A stretch of 32,000 bases of DNA from NCBI GenBank assembly GCA_965250005.1, contig OZ252279.1:1080001-1112000 (forward strand). The letters are read 5' to 3'. Below, piece after piece: positions 9,497 through 18,978 of this stretch. Positions within the stretch are counted from its first letter, which is position 1, and the number at the start of each line of letters is the position of its first letter. The notes beneath the pieces are model-generated. The model made no database searches, was not told the origin of the DNA, and worked only from the letters and a program-made list of their open reading frames with translations. The position numbers and the translations under genes are program-made. Origin of the DNA: Demequinaceae bacterium (GTDB lineage Bacteria; Actinomycetota; Actinomycetes; Actinomycetales; Demequinaceae).

Positions 9497-10134
9497 TGCT
9501 TGCCTTTCTCGTTCGCGCCGATGCGCACGACGCGACCATCGACCTTCCAGCCTTGGCGCACCATCTGCCCGATGGTATCTACCACGAGTTCACGTTCAAC
9601 ACTCTTTATACGCTCGTGCAGCGACTCCTCGGTGTCATCGTCTTGCACGTCGACGGAGGCTTGCGCGAGAATCGGCCCGGTGTCGACTCCTGCATCCACG
9701 ATCATTACAGTGCAGCCGGTCACCCTCGCGCCCCCCGCGAGCGCGTCGCGGACGCCGTGCGCCCCAGGGTACGCGGGTAGGAGCGCAGGGTGAGTGTTGA
9801 CGATGCGGCCCTCATAGCTGGCCAGCATGGGCGCGCCGAGGATCTTCATAAACCCGGCACAGCAGACAAGGTCGGGCGCGAAGGCGGCCACGGTCTTCGC
9901 GATGGCCCGGTCCCACGCCTCACGATTGGGAAAGTCCGCTAACGCGACTACCGCGGTCGGGACTCCTGCTGCCTTGGCGATGTCGAGGCCGGCGGCATCG
10001 ACGCGATCGGAAACTACTGCGGAGATCCGGGCGCCGTACGCAGGATCGTGGGTCGCGGCGAGCAAGGCGGCCATCGTGGAGCCTTGGCCGGATAGGAGGA
10101 CGACGAGCGACTGAGGGCTGGGTGCGCTTGTCAC
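9493..10134 (-). CDS. purN: phosphoribosylglycinamide formyltransferase
   Basis: [28 protein letters not shown] and the DTGPI motif. GTG start at 10134. 4-bp ATGA overlap with the purH start. Confidence 0.93.
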   Translation of the reverse strand: MTSAPSPQSLVVLLSGQGSTMAALLAATHDPAYGARISAVVSDRVDAAGLDIAKAAGVPTAVVALADFPNREAWDRAIAKTVAAFAPDLVCCAGFMKILGAPMLASYEGRIVNTHPALLPAYPGAHGVRDALAGGARVTGCTVMIVDAGVDTGPILAQASVDVQDDDTEESLHERIKSVERELVVDTIGQMVRQGWKVDGRVVRIGANEKGKQ

Positions 10135-10183
10135 AACGCGAGCCTATCGGCATGCTTGGAACCTCACCTACGCAAGGACTCTC

Positions 10184-10651
10184 GTGACCCCCGTAAAGGA
10201 GCCGCCTCGGCTTAGCCCGAAAGCCGCGCGCCGCGCCATGCTGTTCGTACTGCTGATGGGTGCGAGCGTGCTTCTTGGGTTTCTGCCGGTCCCGTGGATG
10301 GTGGTGAGCGCGCTCACCGCCGTCGCGGCGATGGTGGTAGGCGTCATGACAATGGTGGCGATGCGCCGCAGCGCGACCATGGGCCTATGGATTCTCATGG
10401 TTTTGGGGTTGGGCCTGGCGGCCTCGATGACGCTGGTGGCCGCGAGCTCTGCAGTGCTGCAGGAAGAGCTTTCCGAATATCAGGAGTGTCAGCGCTACGC
10501 TCTTACGATCAAGGCCCAGCGCGCGTGCGAGAGCACATTAGAAGAGGCTAGCGAGGCCCGGAGGCTCGAGTTCGAGAAGGAGGTCTACGAGCGGTTGGGG
10601 TTGGACCCACCCGCCGCTCCCTCGCAGACGCCCTCGCCATCACCGAAGTAG
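10184..10651 (+). CDS. hypothetical membrane protein (3 predicted TM segments plus a charged helical C-terminal tail)
   Basis: GTG start with AAGGA upstream and a coding-like codon pattern. Three hydrophobic stretches are followed by EELSEYQECQRYALTIKAQRACESTLEEASEARRLEFEKE. I recognise no family. Confidence 0.55.
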   Translation: MTPVKEPPRLSPKAARRAMLFVLLMGASVLLGFLPVPWMVVSALTAVAAMVVGVMTMVAMRRSATMGLWILMVLGLGLAASMTLVAASSAVLQEELSEYQECQRYALTIKAQRACESTLEEASEARRLEFEKEVYERLGLDPPAAPSQTPSPSPK

Positions 10652-11813
10652 CCCGCCACCAGAGCGCGAACGCCGCCACGAGATGACCAGCAAATAACAG
10701 CAGCGCCGCCACGATCCCGACGCTCCACGGCTCGGCTCCATTGATCGCGAGCCGGCCCGGACCGATGGACCCCGTGGTCATCGCGGCGGCCACGCCCACC
10801 GCAATCGCGGTCGCGGGTAACGCCATCAGCGCCGCGAAGAGGCCCTGCCTGCCTTCCGCGACGACCGGCGCCCTCCATAGGCGAGCCACGATACCCACGG
10901 CGACCAGGACGATCGGCACCCACACCAGGGCGCCGCCAGCAGCATGCGGCAGGGCACCGAACGCCGGCACCAGTGGAAGTGGCTCGGCGACAACTTCGCT
11001 GGGCGCGTAGAGCGAGCCCTCACCAACGGAGAAGCCCAGGCCGGTGAGCCACGAGCCCATCCACACCGCCAGAGTTGGCAGGTAGGCGAGTTGGGCGACG
11101 GCGAACGCGGCAACGCCTACGGGCCCCGCTCCAAGCTCGTCACCTATCTGCGCGGCGTCATGCCAGCCCACGAGGGCCCACACAAGCAGCGTGATCGTCG
11201 CCGCCCCGAGCGCAAGCCCAAGGCTGGCGCGCGCGAGCCGAAGCCCCTGCAAGAAAATGGGCGGCATGTTCCGAATGGCGATCGCCGCGTAGCCATGCCC
11301 GCGGTGAAGCCCCCACGCGACCCCGATTGCCGCGACAATTCCCGCGGTCAGCCCTCCGCGCGCAGCAGCGCCGGAACCCTCCGGCGAGACCGTGCTCACG
11401 CTCGCCGCGAGCGACACGAGCAATCCATACGTGACGGACGCGGCGATCCAGCTGCCGCGCGACGGCGCCGCGAATCTGCGTGCGACGGCGCCGGCGATGG
11501 CCGCGCTCAGGATGGTGATGCCAAGTGGGGCGAGTGTCACGGTGGCGCCACCGGCGACCGAAGGAACGCCGAACGCGAGCAACCAGAACGCGAGCCCGAC
11601 CCGCGACGCTCCCTCCCAGTCGACGGCGGTCGAACCGTCCGCCGAGGGAGCCGCGGCTACCGAGAGGAGCGCCAACGCGAGCACGATCGCGAGCGACATG
11701 GCGGCTGCCTGAGCGCCCGTGACGGCGCCAGCAACCCAGCCTGGTGCGCCGCTCCAGACCCTTGCCGCGCGCGCGCCGATTGCACCTACGTCCGCGCGAA
11801 GTGTCCTGGCCAT
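10548..11813 (-). CDS. polytopic membrane protein, PerM/DUF6350-like
   Basis: 421 aa, about 10 Ala/Gly/Leu-rich hydrophobic segments. It occupies the position between sucD and purN that Rv0955 (perM) occupies in mycobacteria. The assignment rests on synteny and topology. Confidence 0.7.
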   Translation of the reverse strand: MARTLRADVGAIGARAARVWSGAPGWVAGAVTGAQAAAMSLAIVLALALLSVAAAPSADGSTAVDWEGASRVGLAFWLLAFGVPSVAGGATVTLAPLGITILSAAIAGAVARRFAAPSRGSWIAASVTYGLLVSLAASVSTVSPEGSGAAARGGLTAGIVAAIGVAWGLHRGHGYAAIAIRNMPPIFLQGLRLARASLGLALGAATITLLVWALVGWHDAAQIGDELGAGPVGVAAFAVAQLAYLPTLAVWMGSWLTGLGFSVGEGSLYAPSEVVAEPLPLVPAFGALPHAAGGALVWVPIVLVAVGIVARLWRAPVVAEGRQGLFAALMALPATAIAVGVAAAMTTGSIGPGRLAINGAEPWSVGIVAALLLFAGHLVAAFALWWRATSVMARASARERRVGPTPTARRPPSRTRASGPR

Positions 11814-11887
11814 GGACTCATGGTCGCGCGTGAGAGCGCTGTGGGCAGGGACCGAATCGCGGCGATGGCCAACGCTGCCACCAAAAC

Positions 11888-12778
11888 CTAAACCTTGAGC
11901 GCATCTCTCATGAGTTCAGCGGTCTGCGACGGCGTCTTCCCGACCTTGACACCTACTGCTTCGAGCGCTTCCTTCTTCGCTTGCGCGGTTCCCGCTGAGC
12001 CGCTGACGATTGCGCCAGCGTGGCCCATGGTCTTGCCCTCGGGGGCCTCGAAACCCGCGACGTATGCAACGACAGGTTTGGTGACGTGATCTTTGATGTA
12101 GGCGGCGGCGCGCTCCTCGGCATCGCCTCCGATCTCACCAATCATCACGATCACATCTGTATCCTGATCGTTTTCGAATGCTTCGAGGCAGTCGATGTGG
12201 GTGGTGCCGACAATCGGGTCGCCGCCAATGCCCACGGCGGTGCTCATGCCGATGTCGCGCAGTTCGAACATCATTTGATAGGTCAACGTGCCTGATTTCG
12301 AGACGAGCCCGATGCGGCCCGGCCCCGTAATATCCGCGGGTGTGATTCCCACGTTCGATTCCCCCGGCGTGATGACCCCAGGGCAGTTCGGGCCGACAAG
12401 GCGCGTGCCGTTGGCTTGGGCGTGCGCGAAGAACTCAGCGGTGTCCTTGACGGGAACGCCTTCGGTGATGATGACGGCGAGCGGCATGCCTGCGTCGATG
12501 GCCTCGATGACCGCGGCCTTGGTGAACGCGGGCGGGACAAAGAGCACGGAGACGTCCGCACCAGTCTGGGCCATCGCCTCAGTTACGGTGCCGAACACGG
12601 GTATCGAAACCTTGGCGCCCTTAACGTCAAAATCGACGGCGGTGCCCGCCTTGCGCGGATTCACGCCGCCCACGATCGTCGTGCCCGATGCGAGCATGCG
12701 CGCGGTGTGCTTCTGACCCTCCGAGCCAGTCATGCCCTGCACGATGACCTTTGACGCCTCGTTGATGAATATCGACAT
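11888..12778 (-). CDS. sucD: succinate--CoA ligase subunit alpha
   Basis: [31 protein letters not shown] and the GHAGAIVSG catalytic-His region. The start is placed at the ATG at 12778, 10 bp after the sucC stop, rather than at 12829. Confidence 0.95.
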   Translation of the reverse strand: MSIFINEASKVIVQGMTGSEGQKHTARMLASGTTIVGGVNPRKAGTAVDFDVKGAKVSIPVFGTVTEAMAQTGADVSVLFVPPAFTKAAVIEAIDAGMPLAVIITEGVPVKDTAEFFAHAQANGTRLVGPNCPGVITPGESNVGITPADITGPGRIGLVSKSGTLTYQMMFELRDIGMSTAVGIGGDPIVGTTHIDCLEAFENDQDTDVIVMIGEIGGDAEERAAAYIKDHVTKPVVAYVAGFEAPEGKTMGHAGAIVSGSAGTAQAKKEALEAVGVKVGKTPSQTAELMRDALKV

Positions 12779-12788
12779 TCTGAGCCCC

Positions 12789-13952
12789 TTAGACGTTGGC
12801 CAGCGCGGCGGCCTCAGCCGCGGCGCCATCCATAGTTTCGACGATGGTCACGAGTGGGTGGTTCGCGGCGGCAAGAATCTTACGTCCCTCGATCACGGAG
12901 TTTCCGTCGAGCCGCACCACGAGCGGCTTGGACGCTGCGTCGCCGAGTGTCTCGAGCGCGCCCACGATTCCTTCAGCGACAGCCACACAGCTGGTGATGC
13001 CGCCGAACACGTTGACGAACACCGACTTCACCTGCGGGTCGTTGAGGATCACGTCGAGGCCGTTGGCCATGACCTCTGCCGATGCGCCTCCGCCAATGTC
13101 CAGGAAGTTAGCGGGCTTCACGCCGCCGTGTTTCTCGCCTGCGTACGCGACTACGTCGAGAGTAGACATCACGAGTCCCGCCCCGTTGCCAATGATCCCG
13201 ACAGCGCCATCGAGCTTCACGTAGTTCAGGTCGAGCGCCTTGGCCTTTGCCTCGAGCGGATCAGCGGCGTCCTTGTCCTCGAGCGCCTCGTGGTCTTCGT
13301 GGCGGAAGCCGGCGTTCTCGTCGAGCGTCACCTTGCCGTCGAGGGCGACGATCGAGCCGTCGGCCGTCTTGACTAGGGGGTTGACCTCCACCAGCGTCGC
13401 GTCCTCTTCCTTGTATACAGTCCAGAGCTTCCGGATGGCGTCGGCAACGGGGCCGGCGAGGTCTGCTGGGAAGTTAGCCTCGGCAACGATTTCGGCTGCC
13501 TTCGCCGCGTCAATCCCCACTAGCGGGTCCACGGCCACGCGCGCGAGCGCCTCGGGCCGCTCCACCGCGAGCACCTCGATCTCGACGCCGCCCTCGACGG
13601 AGCACATCGCGAGGTAGCGTCGCTCGGAGCGGTCGAGCAGTACGGAGAAGTAGAACTCCTGCTCGATCGCAGCGCCTGCGGCGATCATCACCTTGTGGAC
13701 GGTGTGGCCTTTGATGTCCATTCCCAGGATCGCCGTGGCTGCCGCCTCGGCCTCGTCCGGGTTGTGAACGACTTTGACGCCACCGGCCTTGCCGCGACCT
13801 CCCACCTTGACCTGTGCTTTAACAACAACCGTGCCGCCCAGTTTTTGGGCTGCCGCGCGTGCTTCAGAAGGGGTAGTGGCGACTATGCCGCCGAGCACCG
13901 GCACGCCGTGCTTTTCGAATATGTCGCGCGCTTGGTATTCATAGAGGTCCAT
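12789..13952 (-). CDS. sucC: succinate--CoA ligase subunit beta (ADP-forming)
   Basis: [20 protein letters not shown]-terminus, ATP-grasp region and GGIT..C C-terminal CoA-ligase motif; 387 aa. Confidence 0.97.
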   Translation of the reverse strand: MDLYEYQARDIFEKHGVPVLGGIVATTPSEARAAAQKLGGTVVVKAQVKVGGRGKAGGVKVVHNPDEAEAAATAILGMDIKGHTVHKVMIAAGAAIEQEFYFSVLLDRSERRYLAMCSVEGGVEIEVLAVERPEALARVAVDPLVGIDAAKAAEIVAEANFPADLAGPVADAIRKLWTVYKEEDATLVEVNPLVKTADGSIVALDGKVTLDENAGFRHEDHEALEDKDAADPLEAKAKALDLNYVKLDGAVGIIGNGAGLVMSTLDVVAYAGEKHGGVKPANFLDIGGGASAEVMANGLDVILNDPQVKSVFVNVFGGITSCVAVAEGIVGALETLGDAASKPLVVRLDGNSVIEGRKILAAANHPLVTIVETMDGAAAEAAALANV

Positions 13953-14314
13953 GGGAGTCCTTGCCGCAGAAAGCGCGCCTCGTGGGCGCGCGGGAGTAAT
14001 GAAGAAAGACTAGTCGCCGCTGCGCCCTCACGATAACGCAGCTACGAGCGGTTTGCCGGGAAATCCCCAAAACGCGTCAGGGACGCCGGGACTCATCGAC
14101 TCCCGCCCCAAACTGAATACCCGTGATCCAGCGATAAACAAGCAACACCCTTGTGGTTCCCATTCAGCCGATGCGCTTAGTAGCGCTCCGGGCTACATGC
14201 GCCCGTTTGGGAGCTGACAAGCCGACGAGGACGACGCCATCAATGGTGAACTTTACGGCCCGATCGGCCCAGAAATGAACTGAGCCAGACGGACCGATCC
14301 CCGCTCAGAAGACG

Positions 14315-14346
14315 AAGGCACGCCTCCCCCTCGAGTGGCGCGCCTT
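14315..14346 (-). terminator. candidate terminator hairpin after the response-regulator gene
   Basis: On the minus strand, AAGGCGCGCC pairs with GGCGUGCCUU (10 bp with one G-U) around a 12-nt loop, starting 15 nt after the stop at 14361. It is followed by CGUCUUCUG, which is only weakly U-rich. Confidence 0.4.
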
Positions 14347-14360
14347 TCTCGTTCGGAGGC

Positions 14361-14999
14361 CTAGACGGCGCCGGGGGTGATGAATCCCGACTCGTAGGCG
14401 ACGATCACGGCCTGAGTGCGATCGCGGACGCCGAGTTTCATCAGCACAGAAGCGACGTGAGATTTCACTGTCTCCACCGTCACCACCAGGTCGTCTGCAA
14501 TCTCCTGATTTGAGAGCCCGCGCGCCAGCAGGCGCAGCACGTCTTGTTCGCGGTCGGTGAGCTCGGGAAGTTCCACGCCGGTCGCCTCGACAAACCTCTC
14601 GATCACGGTCCGCGTGCTGGCCGGGAAAAGCAGGGACTCCCCCGCGGCGACCACGCGCACGGCCTCGATCAGCTCGGCAGGCGGAACGCGCTTGAGCACA
14701 AAGCCTGACGCCCCGGAGCGCATGGCCTCGAACACATACTCGTCCACCTCAAAGGTGGTGAGCACGAGCACGTGTGGCGGATTGTCGCCTGCGACGATCC
14801 GCCGGGTGGCCTCGAGCCCGTCCACGCCGGGCATTCGGATGTCCATGAGGACGAGGTCGGGCTCTGCGTCGGCGACCATTTGCTGCGCCTCGGCGCCGTC
14901 ACCTGCCTCGGCAACAACGTCCCAGCCGTCCTCGCTCGCGAGGATCGCCCGCAGGCCCATCCTGACCAAGGGGTCGTCGTCGACTATTGCTATCTTCAC
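14361..14999 (-). CDS. NarL/LuxR-family two-component response regulator
   Basis: Receiver domain (KIAIVDDDPLVR ... DLVLMDIRMPGVDG ... LTTF) plus a LuxR HTH (LTDREQDVLRLLARGLSNQEIADDLVVTVETVKSHV). GTG start forming a GTGA overlap with the kinase stop. Confidence 0.92.
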   Translation of the reverse strand: MKIAIVDDDPLVRMGLRAILASEDGWDVVAEAGDGAEAQQMVADAEPDLVLMDIRMPGVDGLEATRRIVAGDNPPHVLVLTTFEVDEYVFEAMRSGASGFVLKRVPPAELIEAVRVVAAGESLLFPASTRTVIERFVEATGVELPELTDREQDVLRLLARGLSNQEIADDLVVTVETVKSHVASVLMKLGVRDRTQAVIVAYESGFITPGAV

Positions 15000-16396
15000 G
15001 CGAGAACCTTACGCCGAATAGTGCACCCGAGGCAGCGGCAAGCGGAGCCCAGCGTGCACGTGGTCTTGGCGCCGTCGGGAAGCATTGCTTCCAACGGCAG
15101 CACAGCGCGCACGGCAAACTCGCCCTTCTTCGTCTCGCCGATGGTGGCCTCGCCACCCATGAGCGTGACTCGGTCACGGATAGATGCGAGACCGTTGCCG
15201 CCAGCCGTCACCGTGCCGGCTGCTCCGTTGAGGTCGTTCGCGACGGATACCGCCACCACCTCGTCGGCCGAAGCCACATCGACGCGGACAGTGCCACCCG
15301 GCGCGTGCTTCGAGGCATTCGTGAGCGCTTCTTGGACGACGCGGTAGACGCCGCGCCCTAGGGCTGGCGGTACATCGCCAATGTCAATGCGTGACTCTAC
15401 GGTCATGCCCGCATCTCGCGCCCCCGCCACAAGGCTCGGGAGATCCTGTGCGCCGGGCAGCGGCGCGTGCGTCTCGACGTGGTCGCCGCGGATGCGGGCG
15501 ATGATGCGGTCGAGCTCGCCGAGCGCGGCGCGGCCACGCTCCTCGATATTGCTGAGGGCCTTGCGGGCGAAATCCGGGTCCTTGTCGAACACGTGGGCTC
15601 CCGCCCCGGCTTGGACCACAATCATCGAGACCATATGGCCGATGCTGTCGTGAAGTTCTTGATCGATTCGTACCTGCTCCTCCGCGACAGAAGCGCGGGC
15701 TGCGGCGATCTCAAGTTCCTCGTCGCAGGGGCCGAGCGCCCACGTCGCGAGCGACCTGTGAAGATTGGCGAAGCCACGGATAGCCCATCCGAGCGCGGGG
15801 GCGACGATGAGGAAAACAACCGGCCCCAGCAGGAACCACCTCTCCCAGTCGTAGATCTCGGTGACGCCGTCAGGACTCCAATCCCAGATAAGCGAGAACG
15901 GCGCTGCGAGCAGCGAAAGCGGTACGACGATGTAGAGGATGACAAGGACGAACCCCAGGATCCCGGTGATGAACCGAATGAAGACCCACAGCAGCACCCG
16001 CCATGAATGCCCGTCGTGAACCAACTCGTGCGTCCATCGCCAGAAGCGCGCCCATTCCGGGTGCTTCAGCCCGGGTACGTCGTCGACGACGATCGGCGCG
16101 GGCCTGCGGATGTCGTGGCGTAGCAACAGTTTCACCTGCAAACGTTCGAACCACCCAATCGGCCGCAAGGCCGCCTGGGCCGCCACGAGCACGAGCAGTC
16201 CGACCCAAACCACCACCGTTGAGATACCCACCGCGTAGAGCGAGAGCATCACAACGAACGTCGTGATTCCGAACACGAATCCCAACAGGAGGTAGGCGGC
16301 GTCCAGCGCCGTCTGAAGCCGAAGCATCGGCCGGTAAATCAATTCGAGAGCTTTCATGGGTCCTATCGTGCCCGAGCCGGGCGCATACGTCGTCAC
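14996..16396 (-). CDS. sensor histidine kinase (HisKA_3 / NarX-DesK type) with a multi-TM N-terminal sensor region
   Basis: H-box QELHDSIGHMVS, N-box EALTNASKHAPG and a HATPase_c end (GGEATIGETKKGEFAVRAVLPL). At least four N-terminal hydrophobic segments. The start is either GTG 16396 or ATG 16357. Confidence 0.88.
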   Translation of the reverse strand: MTTYAPGSGTIGPMKALELIYRPMLRLQTALDAAYLLLGFVFGITTFVVMLSLYAVGISTVVVWVGLLVLVAAQAALRPIGWFERLQVKLLLRHDIRRPAPIVVDDVPGLKHPEWARFWRWTHELVHDGHSWRVLLWVFIRFITGILGFVLVILYIVVPLSLLAAPFSLIWDWSPDGVTEIYDWERWFLLGPVVFLIVAPALGWAIRGFANLHRSLATWALGPCDEELEIAAARASVAEEQVRIDQELHDSIGHMVSMIVVQAGAGAHVFDKDPDFARKALSNIEERGRAALGELDRIIARIRGDHVETHAPLPGAQDLPSLVAGARDAGMTVESRIDIGDVPPALGRGVYRVVQEALTNASKHAPGGTVRVDVASADEVVAVSVANDLNGAAGTVTAGGNGLASIRDRVTLMGGEATIGETKKGEFAVRAVLPLEAMLPDGAKTTCTLGSACRCLGCTIRRKVLA

Positions 16397-16620
16397 TCGC
16401 GAGCGTGGACTTCAGGGTCCCTCCCCAGGGTGATCCCCCACGTGTGCCCCCCAGGCGAGTGAGGGCAAAGTCCCCTCGTACGGCGCGGCAAGTTCGCTCC
16501 TATGCGGGCTGCGGGCTGCATCCGCAGTTTCTAGCGTGTAACTAGACCTCGCCAGCAGCCGATCGCCCCCTGAGAAGGGGCCGAAAGACCAGGGTGCCGG
16601 TGGGGGTGCTACCCCATAGT

Positions 16621-16635
16621 CGCGAACCGTTCGCG
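16621..16635. promoter_or_regulatory. perfect 15-bp palindrome CGCGAACCGTTCGCG upstream of the MMPL gene (candidate operator)
   Basis: The arms CGCGAAC/GTTCGCG flank a single central C. It lies 90 bp upstream of the MMPL start, in the divergent region shared with the two-component operon. Function is not established. Confidence 0.3.
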
Positions 16636-16724
16636 GCGAGAGTGTGGTGGCAGTGCCGGCAAGACAAATAGGGGTCGGTGCGGCCAACACCAAGAAGAAT
16701 TTGAACATCTACCAAGGAGAAATC

Positions 16725-18911
16725 ATGAATGTCGGATTCACCGGGCGCATCGCCCGCAGCTCCGCACGACGACCATGGGTCACGCTTAGCGTGTGGGCCG
16801 TGGCGCTTGCGGCAGCCGTCTATTTCGCGGGAGGTCTGGGCGACGTTGTCACTCAGAGCGACCGCAACCTGATCACCACCGAGTCGGACCACGCGAACGA
16901 CCTACGCGAGCTCAACGCTCCCGTGGTCGACACCACCGGTCCTGAGACGGCAGGCGAATCAGTCATCGTCACTTCCACCGACTCGCGTTTCGGTGAGCCC
17001 GCTTTCGACACCGCAATCGAGGACGTCGTGGCTAAACTCGCGACGCTCGAAGGCGTCTACGACGTCGAGGCGCCCACTCAAGCCGCTCCGTATCCAGTCT
17101 CTGAGTCCGGGTACTCCGCTCTCATTCAGTTCGAGCTCTCGACTGATGGCGAGGCCATCGAAGCCTTTGTCGAGGCAGTCCACGAACTGAGCGCCGACGG
17201 CTTCACGTTCCTGCCATACGGACAGGGATCCGCCGAGCTGTCATTTGACAGTCTCGCTGAGGACACCCTTGTCAAAGGCGAAATGATCGGCATCGGCGTC
17301 GCGATCGTGATCCTCGTGATCGTGTTCGGCGCATTCGCCGCTGCAGGCATTCCGCTGGGCGTTGCGCTTGTATCGATCATCACTGCCGTGGGTCTGGCCG
17401 CAATCGTTGGCCAAGCATTCGAACTGTCGTTTTTCGTGCTCAACATGATCACGATGATGGGGCTCGCGCTCGGAATCGACTACACGCTCGTAATGGTGCA
17501 GCGTTTCCGTGAGGAGCTTGCCAAGGGCCACACCGTCACCAATTCCGTCACAATCGCGGGCAATACCGCAAATCGCGCGGTCTTCTTCTCGGGAATCACG
17601 GTAATCATCTCGCTGATTGGAATGCTCGTCATCCCGTCGACCATCATGATCAGTCTGGGTGCGGGCGCGATGCTCGTGGCGATCACCTCCGTTGCAGGGG
17701 CCCTGACGCTACTTCCCGCCGTCCTCAAGCTACTCGGCGCACGCGTCAATAGGGGTCGCATTCCCACCGCTCATCCGGGGGAGGAGCCGAAGACGTGGAA
17801 GGCCATTGCCAACGCTGTCACGGCCCGTCCCGCGATTGCGGCAATCGCCGGTATCGCCATCCTCGGCGCTCTCGCAGCCCCGATCGTGTCGATGCGTCTG
17901 GCATTCCCAGGCACAGACTCACTGCCGGAAGACTTCGAATTCCGTCAGGCAAGTGAGATCCTCGTGGAGGACTTTGGCTATGGCCAGTCGACCACGTACG
18001 TGACGATCAAGAATCCCGAGGGCAACGATGCGGCAATCGCCGCGCTCGCCGACGCGATCGAGGCGGAGGTCGCTTTCGCCGAGACAGATGTGAAAATCGA
18101 GGGCGATGTCGTCGTCATCTACACAGAGGATGTCTTCGATTCGGCAGATATTCGGTCCGAGAACGCAATCAATACACTGCGTGACGAACTCATCCCCGCG
18201 GCACTCGGCGCCACCAACGCCGTCGCCTCGGTTGGTGGCGGCCAGGCAGGATCAATGGACTTCACTTCACTGATCACTGACCGAGTGTGGCTCGTCCTGA
18301 CGATCGTGTTGGGCTCGAGCTTCCTCTTCCTGCTCGTCGCTTTCCGGTCTATCGTCATTCCGTTGACTTCCATCCTGCTCAACGTGTTGTCGGCGGCAGC
18401 AGCCTTCGGGCTGCTCGTCGCAGTATTCCAGTACGGCTGGTTCTCCGACATCTTCGGGATGCCTCAAGTCGATGGGATAGCGCCGTGGCTGCCAATATTC
18501 CTCTTCGCTGTCCTGTTTGGCCTGTCGATGGACTACCACGTATTCCTACTCAGCCGCATCAAGGAGGCTCACGACAACGGTGAGGACACGCGCGAAGCCA
18601 TCGCGCACGGTCTTGGCCGAACCGGTTCACTCATCACGGGCGCCGCGCTCATCATGGTCGCGGTCTTCGGTGGATTCGCCTTGGGCGACATGGCCGAGTT
18701 TTCTCAGATGGGCTTCGGCCTTGCGGCCGCGGTCATCATCGACGCCACGCTTGTCCGCTCGATTATCGTGCCCGCGGTCATGTCCCTGCTCGGCAAGGCC
18801 AACTGGTACCTGCCGTCATGGCTCGAGTGGCTCCCAAACATGACCATCGAGAGCGCGGAGACCCCCGCGCCCGAGGTCATCGAGGAGGAACTCGAGCCGG
18901 CACTCGTGTAA
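16725..18911 (+). CDS. MMPL-family (RND superfamily) membrane transporter
   Basis: Two repeats of a large extracytoplasmic domain followed by a 5-6 TM bundle (GIDYTLVMVQRFREEL and GLSMDYHVFLLSRIKEA motifs). The start is set at ATG 16725, preceded by AAGGAG. Confidence 0.9.
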   Translation: MNVGFTGRIARSSARRPWVTLSVWAVALAAAVYFAGGLGDVVTQSDRNLITTESDHANDLRELNAPVVDTTGPETAGESVIVTSTDSRFGEPAFDTAIEDVVAKLATLEGVYDVEAPTQAAPYPVSESGYSALIQFELSTDGEAIEAFVEAVHELSADGFTFLPYGQGSAELSFDSLAEDTLVKGEMIGIGVAIVILVIVFGAFAAAGIPLGVALVSIITAVGLAAIVGQAFELSFFVLNMITMMGLALGIDYTLVMVQRFREELAKGHTVTNSVTIAGNTANRAVFFSGITVIISLIGMLVIPSTIMISLGAGAMLVAITSVAGALTLLPAVLKLLGARVNRGRIPTAHPGEEPKTWKAIANAVTARPAIAAIAGIAILGALAAPIVSMRLAFPGTDSLPEDFEFRQASEILVEDFGYGQSTTYVTIKNPEGNDAAIAALADAIEAEVAFAETDVKIEGDVVVIYTEDVFDSADIRSENAINTLRDELIPAALGATNAVASVGGGQAGSMDFTSLITDRVWLVLTIVLGSSFLFLLVAFRSIVIPLTSILLNVLSAAAAFGLLVAVFQYGWFSDIFGMPQVDGIAPWLPIFLFAVLFGLSMDYHVFLLSRIKEAHDNGEDTREAIAHGLGRTGSLITGAALIMVAVFGGFALGDMAEFSQMGFGLAAAVIIDATLVRSIIVPAVMSLLGKANWYLPSWLEWLPNMTIESAETPAPEVIEEELEPALV

Positions 18912-18922
18912 CTCCTCAAGAG

Positions 18923-18961
18923 CGGGGGTGTCGGCCAGGTGCCGTCACCCCCGTTTTTCTT
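18923..18961 (+). terminator. intrinsic terminator after the MMPL gene
   Basis: CGGGGGTG (18923-18930) pairs with CACCCCCG (18946-18953). An inner CGGC/GCCG extension is possible. TTTTTCTT follows immediately. It starts 12 nt after the stop codon. Confidence 0.75.
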
Positions 18962-18978
18962 GTCCCTAGACTGACCCA

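Noticed and set aside
10944-11891. 315-aa plus-strand ORF antisense to the PerM-like gene
   Set aside because: Extremely Arg/Gly/Glu/Asp-rich with no hydrophobic core or motif; a typical GC-rich antisense artefact.
16419-16452. The G-quadruplex/i-motif tract as a definite regulatory element
   Set aside because: One loop is 8 nt, beyond the strict G4 rule, and G/C runs are frequent by chance in high-GC DNA. It is reported only as a low-to-moderate interest observation, not as a feature.
16412-16708. 98-aa minus-strand ORF filling the kinase/MMPL divergent region
   Set aside because: It has no SD and a Pro/Gly/Ala/Ser-rich composition, and it reads through the C-run/G-run tract. I treat the region as regulatory non-coding DNA. 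Low-level doubt remains, and expression data would settle it.
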